Positions 18,520 to 30,500 of a stretch of 64,000 nucleotides of DNA are shown here, in pieces. Origin of the DNA: a virus. Every line of letters begins with the position of its first letter. Within the stretch, counting starts at the first letter, position 1. A program made the position numbers and the translations under genes. The notes under the pieces were generated by a model, which saw only the letters and a program-made list of their open reading frames with translations, had not been told where the DNA came from and made no database searches. Where the stretch lies: the IMG/VR virus record IMGVR_UViG_3300042731_000990, positions 4,514 through 68,513 of that record. The stretch is one strand, 5' to 3'.

Positions 18520-21500
18520 ATGGATCTTAATCTACCTGGAGGAGTTCAGCAAAACACTGAGCCTGAAAAGACTACACCATCATCTAATGATACTTATTCT
18601 ATTTTTTCTAAAGGTGTTCAGGCAAATTTAGGTACGTACGAAGGTACTGCTTTAGATCCTGCAAAACCTTTGTTTACAGAATATGCTGATCAACCTTTTG
18701 GTTTATATGAAACCAATTACTTTAGATATGCTAACCGTAGTTCATTTGATCGTTTAGGTTTTTCTCCTTTTGTAGATAATGAAGCTATATATAATGCAGA
18801 TGCTTCTTGGTATGGTGAGATAGGTAGAGGTATTAGAGGTGCTGTTGCATTGACTGGTGTTAGTGCTCTAGATACTTTACGTAGTACTGGAGATTTGTTA
18901 AGAGGAGATTGGGAGAGTTTTATATCTCCAGATACTAGTACAGCTTTAGAATTTTCAGACATCATGTCTAGATATGGATCTACTAAAGGTGGCGCCACAG
19001 GGTTTATTGCAAATAACTTAATTAGTACGGGTTTTGTAACTGGTATGGTCTTGGGTTCTATTCCTGAGTATGCTGCAGAAGCTTTAATCACTGCTGAAGC
19101 TGGTGGTGTAGGTGCCTTTGCAGGTATTGCTAATACTGGTAGAAAAATATTTAGTGGTTTAAGAACAGCAGACAAAGCACTAGATGCTGTAAAAGCTGGA
19201 AGAAAAGCTTCTACTGTTCTTAATCAAGCCGGTAAATCTCAGAAAGCTGCAGGAGCTTTTGCAAGAGTTTTGAAGCAGCAGGCTGATAATATTATCAATG
19301 TTGGAGGTAACAAGGTTGTAAACATGCTAAATCCTTTTGGTAATACTACTGACTTTTTAGTAGATATGGCCAGGGCTGCAAAAGCTGGTGAAGCATTACC
19401 TAGTTTAGCTAAAGGTTCTGGTGCAATGCTCAGAGATATGTCATTGTTTAAAGCTGCAATGACTGAAGCTACTCTTGAAGGTGGTTTTACCTCTAATGAA
19501 GTCAGAGATAGAGCTATTGCAGAATTTACAGAAAAGAATGGTAGAAGACCTAATGAAGATGAGTTAGCTCAAATTCAAGATGCAGCTAACCTAGCAGGTC
19601 ATAGAAACGTTATGGGTAACCTACCTGTAGTATTACTTACAGATAAGATGGTCTTTGAACCACTTATGAAAATGGGTAGAACTACAAGTAGAGTATTTGG
19701 TTACAATCCCGTAAGTAGCAATCTTGCTAGTAGAGGTATTAGAAACGTTGACGGTACTTTTACAAGTAAGAAAATTTCTGGTGCTAACTTTAAAGAAACC
19801 ATGAAGCTGAGAAGTAAAGCAGCTATCAAAGGTTTACTTAGTCCTAGTGGTTATGTACGTAGAGGTAAAGCTGTTTTAAAGGCAGGTGCTGGTGAAGGTA
19901 TCCAAGAGGTGTTCCAAGAAATTTCAGGTGGTGTATTTGAAGAAGAAGGACTAGAAACTGCAAGAACAGGTAGAACTAACTTCTTGTTTAACTCATATGC
20001 TGATAACTATAAGAACTTAGTAGAAGATCCTAGCCAGATGCCTTTCTGGTCTATGAGTGGTTATCTTGGTGATAACGTTATGAAGCAGTTTTCTGGACAG
20101 GGTGTAGAAACATTCTTGTCTGGTTTGTTTATTGGTGGTCTTGTAGGAGGCGGTGGTTCTAAACTTACTAAACTGATGTCTTTGTCTACTGCAAAAGGTA
20201 GAGCAAATTATCAAGCAGCTAAGGCAGAACAAGATAGCTTAACAGAGGACCTAGTAAACATTCTTAATGAGAATATTAAAGATCCTTTTGCTTTATTTAA
20301 TCCTAGAGTAAAGAATCATATTCAAGCTAAAGAACTTCTTAAAGAACAAACTGAAGCATTGCTAGCAGGGGACTTTAAGAAAGCTAAAGATATTGCAGAA
20401 GAGCTTAGATTTAATCATCTTAGCACAGCTCTACAAACCGGTACCTACGATATTTTTAAGAGTAAGTTAGAAGAGATGCGTCAGTTAGATGATGCTGGTA
20501 TCTCAGAAGCTACTGGTATTGAGAATGCAAATGAAGCTAGAGAAAGGTTAGAAGAAAGTATATCTTATGCTGAGAGTCTTAAGGAAAGATATGATCAGGC
20601 TAATAAAAAGTTTACCAATCCTTTTAATCCAACAGCATATAATCCTAATACTGAAGAGTACAATAGAAATAAGATTAACTATCTAGCTTTTGAAGATGCT
20701 CGTAGAGATTATATTTTCTTAGCAGAGTCTGCTGATAAGACTCAAGAGAGAATGCAGAACCTAAGATCTGAAATGGGTGCTTCAGGTATTACTTCTAACT
20801 GGTCTGCAGCTGATGTAGATTCTTTAACTAGTGTTGCTAATCTTAATAGAGAGATTGGTTTACTAGAAGAAGAAATTCTTGTAGGTAAAGGAGCTCAAAC
20901 AGAAGAAGAGAAAAAGTTACTTAATGAAAAGAAAGCTAAGTTAAAATCATTAAAGAGCTACAAGTCTGAGTTAGACAAGTACATTAACCTGGTTACTAAA
21001 TTAGAAACAGACAGTTCTCCAGCTGCTGATGCAAGAAGAGAGAAAGCATATGAAGCTTTGAAAGCTAAGTTTAGTAATTACGTTAATACTATTAATGAAG
21101 CTTCAGAGAATCCGCAAGAGATTAGTCAAGAAACTTTAGATAATGTTTTTGATTCTATTGTGGATCATCATCTCCTAGAAAAAGATTATGCTATTGCATC
21201 TAGATCTTTAAACATTTTAAATAATCCTGCAGCTCTTACAGAGTTGGCTTTGAGAAAAGCAGCTATTGCAGAAGATGTTTTTGTTAATAGAAGAAAGCAT
21301 ATTAGAAAGTCTGTTAAGACCTTTAAAGAAAAACTAGGTTCTAATCTAGACATTCTTAATAGACTAAAAGGATTGGGTGTTGTTATACCTCACGATCAGC
21401 TAGAAGCATTTATTGAAAAAGGTGAAATGCCTACAGAGCTTTTCTCTTTGTATAATGGTGGTGAGATTAACCTTACAAAAGGTAAGGGTAAACAAGCTAT

Positions 21501-24500
21501 GCAACTCATTACGGAGTATGCAGAAGCTCAGCAAGAAAGATATGCAGAAAAGCAGAAAGAGGCAGAAGCTGAGGCTGCAGAACAGAAGGCTAAAGAAGAA
21601 GCTGCTAAGAAAAACAATGCTACTCCTGAACAACAAGAGAACAACCGTACTGAAAGTGCTAAAGAAGATCTCAAGAAAGAAGATAAATCTTTAACAGTTG
21701 TTCAAGCATTTGCACAATTAGCTCAACAAAATAAAGGTATTGCTGTATTACTAGCCAATAGAATGGCTTATAATGAAACCCAGCAAACACAGGAAGAGTT
21801 TTTAAACACCCCTGACGGTGCTAAGATTGTTGCTATTATTCAATCTGTTGTAGAAGCATATGATGTTTCTCAGTCTACTCAACCTATTCATATATGGTTA
21901 AGAGGTAATGGAGCTGCTCAAAGTATTATTATAGCAGATGCTATTGCTAAGTACTACCCTAATGCAGAAACTTCTGATATTATTGCTCAGTTGGCAGGGT
22001 CTGTAGAAAGACGTGGTGATATTGCTAAAGCTGTAGAAGATATTGAAAACAGCTCTGATGTAATTACTTCTGTTACCAAAGTCTATGAAGATGCTACTAA
22101 TGGTTATTATGTAATTGAGATTAAGTCTAACATTGCTGGTCAGAAAAATACAGAATACTCTATTGTAGATGCTTCTGGTGCTCCTATTCAATCATTAATG
22201 GAGCCGTTAGTAGGAACAGAAGTTACTACTAGTAAAGAAGAAATTATTAATTACTTAAAAGGTTTAGGATCTACAGAGACTGCAACAACAGAAACCCCTA
22301 AAGGTAAGAAGCCTTTTGTATTTGATGGTAGAACATTATATGAAGGTCAGACACTTTACATTGGTAACCGTAAAGTAACCGTTGATAGAAATCAAACTGT
22401 TGATGAAAACGGTATTGTACAACGTCTTAGAGTAAGAGATAAAAACGGTATTGTTTTAAGAGATGCTATTACAAGCATGTCTGATGTACGTGTAGAAGCT
22501 CCTGCTAAGATTAGTAACAAAGCTCAAAGGCTTGGTAAATTTACTTTTGGAAGTACTGCTCAAAATAGAAAGCTGTCTGATAAAGAATTAACTGAGCTTA
22601 CTGAAGCAAGAATGCAGATGACTGAAGAAGAGTTCATGCAGTCTTTATCAGTAGAGGTTACTTACAATGCTCAGTATGTACCAGTTTCTCAAGCCGGTGC
22701 TCATACAAACGCTAAGTTTAATGATAAGAATGAGGAGAATCCTCGTATTAAACTTAATGCTGATAGTAGTACAAGAGAACGTGCTGAGATACAGCTTGTG
22801 TTTAAGAATCCAATGACGGGTTCTTCTATTGTTTTGTCTTACTTAAACGATCCTCTTCAATATGCATTCTTAGATAAGTCTGGTAATTATGTACCAAACT
22901 TTAACGAAGGACTTGCTACAGATTCAGAATTATTCTTTGGAGCTGAAAAGGAAATTGTAGATAGATATAAAAGACATTTGTCTTTAGTTAACTACTTAGT
23001 AGCTGAAGCTCAAAAAGGTAATACAACTTTCTCATTAGACTCTTTAGAAGGTTATGGGTTTAGACTAGGAAACTTTAGTTACAACTTTGCAACTAAACTT
23101 AATGAGCCTAAAGCAGCTTGGGAAGAGGTGGCTTCTAAATTGGGATATTCTCCTACTGACAAGGTTGTCATCTTAGATAGAAAGTTTATTAGCGGTACAG
23201 CTATTACTGAAGAAAACTTTACTGTTGTTAACGGTGAATTTGAAAAAGGTGAAGCTAAACAGTATAGAGAGGCTTTAAAATCTAACCCATATGTACTAAA
23301 TGGTTTAGGTAGATATGTAGCAATTAAACTAGTACCTGGTGCTAAACCGGTTGTTATTGAATTAAGTCCTAAGAATCTTACAGAAGAAAGGCTAGACACT
23401 CTGGTTAATCAGTTAGGTACAAAGATAGAAGACATCCGTGCTAAGCTCGCAGAAGGTAAAGATGTTACTAAAGAGGTTATTGAATTTAATGATTCTTTTA
23501 ATAACCAGTTTTATGTGGGTTATACTATATCAGCTGGTTCTAGAGCTCAAAACTTTAATGTAGCTCTTGAAGTTAGGATGAATGGTACTCTTAGAGTAAA
23601 CATATCACCTAACAATATAGGAAGAACTCAGATTGCAGGATTTGATTTCAATTTGAATGCTGCTCCTAAATCATTTGCTGAGTTGTTGTCAGCTGTTAAT
23701 ACAGCTATAGAAGCTAATAATAATCAAATTAGAAAGCCTCAAAGAGCTGCTCTTTTAAAACCGTTTGATGCTTCTATGTTCTTTGAAAATATTAACAAAG
23801 ACTTAGATGCTTCAGATCTTTCTAACTTTAAAACAAACGTAACCGCTTCTCCTTTAAAGGCCCCTTCAGTAATTATTACTCAAGCTAGTTTAGAAAATTT
23901 AGGAGGTATTGAAGGAGTTTCATTAGAAGAGGTTCCAGGCTCTAAAGTAGAATCAGAACCTGTTAATGATCAGTTAGAAGCTTTAGGTAGTGCTTCTTCA
24001 CAAGCAAGTATAGAGGCAGAAGCAGAAGGTGAAGTAGAAGCTGAAGTAGAAGTTTCAGGTATAGATCAGCAGATCAACGAGGTTAAAAAGAAAATAAAGG
24101 AAAGAAGAAAAGGTCTTAAGCCTAGTCAGGTTGCTAAGGATGAACAGTTGAAAAAACTACATCAGCAACTAAAAGATCTTAGAGATAAAAAGAATACTGC
24201 TAATAAGGTAGGTAATGACTTTACTTTTGAGAATGAGCAGCAGCTTGAAGATTTCTTAGGTTGGGTACGTGCTGTACTTCCAGATTTTATTACAGTAGAA
24301 TCTGTAGATATCATTCGTGATAGAATGGTAAAAGAAGGTATGACTGTTGGTAGGTTCTTTACACAGATCAGACCAGGTGCTAAAGGTATTTCTGAACTAG
24401 AAGGTGTGATAGAAATCACGAAAGATTCTCCTTTTAAATACCATGAAGCATTCCATGCTGTATTTAGAATGCTACTATCTGATCAAGAAATTCAGAAAGT

Positions 24501-27500
24501 TTTAAAGTTAGGTGAGAAAGAACTTAGGGCAGACCTTAGAAAGAAAGGTATGACAATGGATCAGGCAATTGCAAAGATGGTTAAAACATCTTCATTGTAT
24601 GATGGTATGTCACGTCAAGAACTTAAAGAAAGATTGATTGAAGAGTTCCTTGCTGATAAATTTGAAGAGTTCAAAAAAGATCCTAAGAATACTAAGATTA
24701 ATACTGAAGTTAAATCACTCTTCCGTAAGATTCTTGATTTCTTCATTGAGTTGTTTAATGATTACCCTGTAGATAGAATTACTAGTGTAGATCAATTATT
24801 TAGAACTATTGATTCTGGTGAACTAAAAGGACGTGGTGTTTCTAGCAATCAGTTTACAAGAGACGCAGCCTTTAGTGATAATATGGCTTATGCTGTGTTA
24901 GAGTATACAGAAGATACCGGTGGTACGGATGTAGCCAGATATCTCAATGCTGAAGATTCTCAATACATATTATCTTCTATTACAGCTCTTGTAGATAGAG
25001 CAAGAAGAGAAACAGAAGAAGGTAGTATTGAAGACCTTACTTACGAAGCTTTAGATACAGTATCTAATTTATTTGATAGTGATATTAAGACATATGAGAA
25101 CCCTGCATTGCAAAAACGTGCTGATCAGATCTATGATGTTTTAGGTAATCCTGAAGCTATTGCATCTATTGTAGAGTATGTAGAAGATCAGATTGCACAG
25201 TTTGATGCTGCAGATCAGTTTATGAAAGATAGTTTGGATGCTCTTGAGGATGAGTTTGGTGGTTCAGCTAGAAGTAGTTGGTCTGAAGAAGCAGAATCAA
25301 TTGGAGGTCTTACATCTTTGCCAACATTAGTACGTGCAGTAATTGGTACTACTCCTGTTGCAGAGATAGATGCTTTTGGTAATGAGTTCTATATAGATGC
25401 TGAAGGTAATCTTTTAACAGAGCGTATTATTGTAGCTGCTGATGCTCCTACAGTTTACAACGGTTTGGTTAGAATTTTAGCAGACTCTTCTAGTGATGTA
25501 GATATGTTTGAAAGACTACAGGCCCAAAGAGTAATGCAGTCTAAATCTACAAGTAAATCGCAAACTGTTACCTTTATTGACAAGCTGTTTGACACATTAG
25601 GTGTATCTGTATTACCAGATGGGTCTTTAGATCTAAACAATATTAAAAGACCTCAGCTTTTCCAAGCATTTGTAAGAGCCTTTGACGTAAGTAAAAGAAC
25701 TTACAACTTTATGGCTATTGATATTAAGTCTGGTAGAGTTGTAACATTTGAGTCCAACAGATCTAATGAAGCTGTAACCCAGTTACAAACTTGGCAATCT
25801 GCTCACGATGCTAATGTAGGTTCTATAACTTCTGATAGTGCTGCCCGTGCTTCTACTATTTTGAATGAAGTTAAAGATGTATTTAATGAATCTGAGTACA
25901 GTGCTAATGAAGTTGCTGAATTACTTCAAGAGTTTGCTGATATTACCGGTATAGAAATTTCTCCTGCATTTGTAGAATATTCTTATTACAAGTCTAGATG
26001 GATGGAAGGTAAATTAGATCTTGGTAGTTTAGAAGATCAAGATTTAGCCTTTGTAATTACCAACACAAAGGTTCCAGCAATGACAAAAGAAGACTTGTCA
26101 AATATTGCTAACAGCTTTACAGTAAGTAAAGGACGCCAGTTGTTCTTGAAAAACTTTGAAGACGTTGAAAGAACAGAAGAAAATCAAGCGTCATTTACAG
26201 TAGGTGGTAGATTTAAAGTATTAGCAGAAGGTAATGTGTTCTTTAATGAGAACATTGATACTACTACATTCAACAATGCTAATAATAAGAAGATTCAAAC
26301 ATATCAAGCTCGTAATGTAATTACTAAAGTTATTCAATCATTGAAAGATCCTGCAGTAAGAGAACGTATTATGAACGATCCTTACTTGGCAGAGAAGCAA
26401 TACTTATTGAGTAACGAAGACTTTATGGCTATTATTGATGAGCTCACTACTGAGAACATTGATGGTATTGGTGAAAGAAAATTATCTAGTCAAGATAAAG
26501 AGGCCTTTGGTAGCACAGATAGAGGTAGAGTATACAAGGGTATGACACCACGTGAGTTTATGACTCAGCAGTTATTTTCTTATACAAGTAAGATGAAGTC
26601 TGTTAACGGTGTTATTACTGTACCTACTTTGATCAGAATTATGGAGGCTTCTAGTCAAGGTATGACTGTAGGTCTACCTATTACAGATGCTGTTGAGTAT
26701 AACTTTAAATCAGAAAATGGTTACGAGTTTACTGATAGTTATTTAGATGCTATCATTACAGAGGTTGAAAGAGACTTGGCTAGAATTACTAGAGTTGCCG
26801 CAGAGATTGATGACCCTAGAGTTCCACAACTAATGAACTACCACAACGGTGCATTAAGAGGTTTAAAACTAGGTGAAACAGGTGATCTTATTTCAGAAGA
26901 GCTTAAACAAAAGCTTGAAGAAAAAGCTCAGAAAGGTGAAGATATTAGTGTTGCTGATGCTAAGAAACTTAGAAAAGAAATTGCTGAAGGTTTAAATGCT
27001 CAGTTTAATTTATATAAAGATAAACTTGCTAACGAGGGTATTCTTGCAGAGTCTGTGACACTGCGTCAAATGTTACCGGGTTATGCTCCTACACAAGGTT
27101 CTTCTGCTGTAGTATCTGTAAAGAAAGGAGCTTCACTAGAACTTGTAGCTCATTCTAAAGATGAAGGTAAAGCTGTTAGAGATAAGAAACTATCTCATAA
27201 TATTGCTCAGTATTTCTTTAATGATTACTTGAATACACTTGCTATTAACCAGTTGGTTACAGGTGATCCTGCTGAATCATTTAAAGGTCCTATTGATATT
27301 GTAAAACGTGCTAAAGGTTATAATGTTTCAGGTATCAAAGCTGCTCATAGCATTGTTCCTGCAGATCCTAATCTGGGTATTACAAGCACGTTTGATCAGT
27401 TAGGTGACTTAGAGCATATTACATTTGAAGATGATGCTTACACAGACGGTCAGTTTGCTGATAAACAAGATCGTGATGATGGTCAGCTTTACATGAGTGT

Positions 27501-30500
27501 AAAAGGTTTACGTCATGTATTGTTTGGTATGGGCCGTCTTACACAGTTTCAAGCTAAAGTTTTAAATAAACTAGAAAATGGTCAAAAGCTAACAGATGCT
27601 GAGGTGTTTGGTGCTTTTGGTAAGAAAGGTTCTGTACAATTCAATGCTCAAACAAACTCATTGAAGTTAGTATATTTTGACGGTAAGAACTATTTGAAAA
27701 TGTCTGCATTCTTACTTACCCCAGAGTTTGTAGATAGAATGTCTGGTAATGGTTTAGAAGGTGGTAATAATTTCTTGGCTAATCTTCTTAATAAGATTCA
27801 ATTGAGAGAAGCACAGCAAGGTAATGTTGTATTTGCATCTCCTGTGTCTGCATCTAAAGGTAGAAAAGCTAACGTTATTCCAAGAACTGGTATTACTAGT
27901 GGTAATGAATTATTAGATTCTAAATATTTCAATCCTTTAGATCCTAACTATTTATACTTGTCTACGGAAACTCCGTCTAATAAACTTAAAATTAACAACC
28001 CTACTCAGATGAGACATATAATCTTATCTGAATTAGATGGTGGTAAAAAGGTATATGTAAACGGTCAGGAGACTACAGTAGATGCTTTACGTAAAGAGTA
28101 CTTACAAAATGATAAGTCTATTCTTACATCTAGATATTTAGACAAGCGTAAACAACTGTTTGATCTGGAGGATTTCCAGAATGAAATTAGAAAATCTAGA
28201 AATCTTAAGCAGGTTACTCCTAAGCTTGAAGAGTTTAGAGAGTATGTGGTTGAAACATTAAAAGGTTTGGGAGCATCTCCTCAAGAGATTGCTGTATTTA
28301 AAGACAATACTATTGATCTGAATAACCCAATCACCCTAGAAAGATTTGAGCAATTTGTTCTTTCTATGTTTAACAAGACTGTTATACAAGATAAGTTACC
28401 TGGTTACAAGCTTACACTTGTTTCTGATTCTGGTGTTAAGGTTATTAGAAAAAGAGGTACAGCTAAAGAAAATGGTACTAGTGTAGACAGCGTTGTTAGC
28501 TATGAGTTCTTTAACAAACTTTCTAAAGAGGAGCAGGATAGCGGTGATTATTACATGGATGACTTGCGTTATGGTGTAGAAGAGTATGGTAAAGATGGTA
28601 AGACTGTAATAGGTACTTACTCTGAAATGATGATGCCTCCTCACAAGAAAGACGCTATGGGTCTAAACGGTGAGGTTACAGAAAGTGGAATGTTTGGTGT
28701 ACGTATTCCTTCACAGGATAAACACTCTGCAATTAACTTAAGAGTTGTAGACTACTTACCAGCTCATTACGGATCTGTAGGTATATTCCCTAAAGAACTT
28801 GTAGAACTATCTGGAGCTGACTTTGATATTGATTCATTATTTGTACATAGAAAAGAATTCTATAGAGATTCAGCAGGTGACGTTAAGTTCCACGGAGAAG
28901 GATCAGAACAAGATAGATTTGAAGCTTATTTAAGATTCCTTGCTAAGACTAACTCAGATGTTAAACAAGGTCTTCAAGATGGTAAGTTAAATGCTTTTGT
29001 AGCAGATGTTCTTGATGAAGTTGTAGAAGAGGTTGAATATACTTTAACAGATATTAAGACTGCAGCTAGAGAAGCTGGTCTACCTTCTACTCTGAAGGAA
29101 TATAACAAAGCGGTTAAAGAAAATAATAATGTAGACATTAACTTGTTTGCAGTGCAAAACAGACAACTGGATATTAAGATGTCTTTGTTAGGCAATAGTA
29201 TCATGGAACCTGCTTCTTTGAAAGCTTTTGAGAAGTTTGCTGACTATTTAAAAGAGAACGCTCCTGAGTATTACAATAAACTACAAGAGCAAAGACGCTT
29301 TATTAATAATGCGTTGGGTAAGGCTGAGTCTTTCTTTGATATTCATGAAGGTGCTGAAAACATTGGACCTGCAGTTAATACAGCTATTGCGTATGCTTTC
29401 TTAAACACAATGGGTGTCTCAGCTACTGATGCTGCATTTGAAATTGATGGTGTAGAGTACAAATCATTCAATAATACAGAAGCTACTGATGGTTCACGTA
29501 TTATGGATAACCTTTCTACTCTTATTACAGCAATGACGGATAACGCTAAAGAACAGTTAGCAAGTAAGTATGGTTTGAATATTGAAGCTGTTGGTCAGTT
29601 TGCGTACATGTTGTCTTTAGGGGTACCTTTTAATAAAGCGTTGTTGTTATTCCAGCAGCCTGTTGTTAAGGAGTTCTTTAGAAGAACAGCAAATGCTAGT
29701 TCTATTCTAAACTTTAATAGTGATGGTAGCCAAAAACAAATGGCTAATCTTACAGCTACTACATTTAAAGAACTAGAAATGACTTTAGGAGAAGCTTCTG
29801 AAGTTACAGAAGAGATGATGGTTAAAGATCTTTCTTTGACAGAGACTTTTGCAGATTTGGTTAAAGATGAAGATGCTATAAACTCTCAAGCTTCTGTATT
29901 AGCATTGTTTAAAAAGATATATACACAATCTCAAACGATGAGAGAGCTGGCCTCTGTTGTTAAAGTTGGTGCTGGTGTGGGTCAAACAATGGATCAGTTT
30001 GATTACAAGAATGATTCTTACAATAAGTTTGTAACTGAAGATACACTTGAAGAGATTAAGAAATCTGGTTTCCCTGTAGAAGGTTTAAAAGAAGCTATTG
30101 AGAATCATAGTATCATACAGACAGAAGCTGAGATTAGAAGAGAACTAGATGTACTATTTAAATCTTTGTTTGTTAGCAAGGCTCCGTTAGTTAAAGCTAC
30201 AATGGAATCTATTGAAAGTTCTCTAAGCACTTCTAGAACAGGTTATGGAAAAGCTAAGAAGCAAGCTCTAAATGATTTCTTAGGAGCCTTATTAGTTAAA
30301 GCTTATAAGACCGCTAACTCTTCTAACAGTAGAGTACTAAAGAATCTTAGTAACGGTTTGATTTATGAAGATCTTAAAGCTAGTCAACCTAATGTAGAAA
30401 GTGTAACAGAGATTGTAGGTTCACTGAGAAGACACTTGAAAGCTGCGGGTAAAACTAATAAGTTCATTCAGCAGTATGTGTTCTCTATTCCAGCTATTAA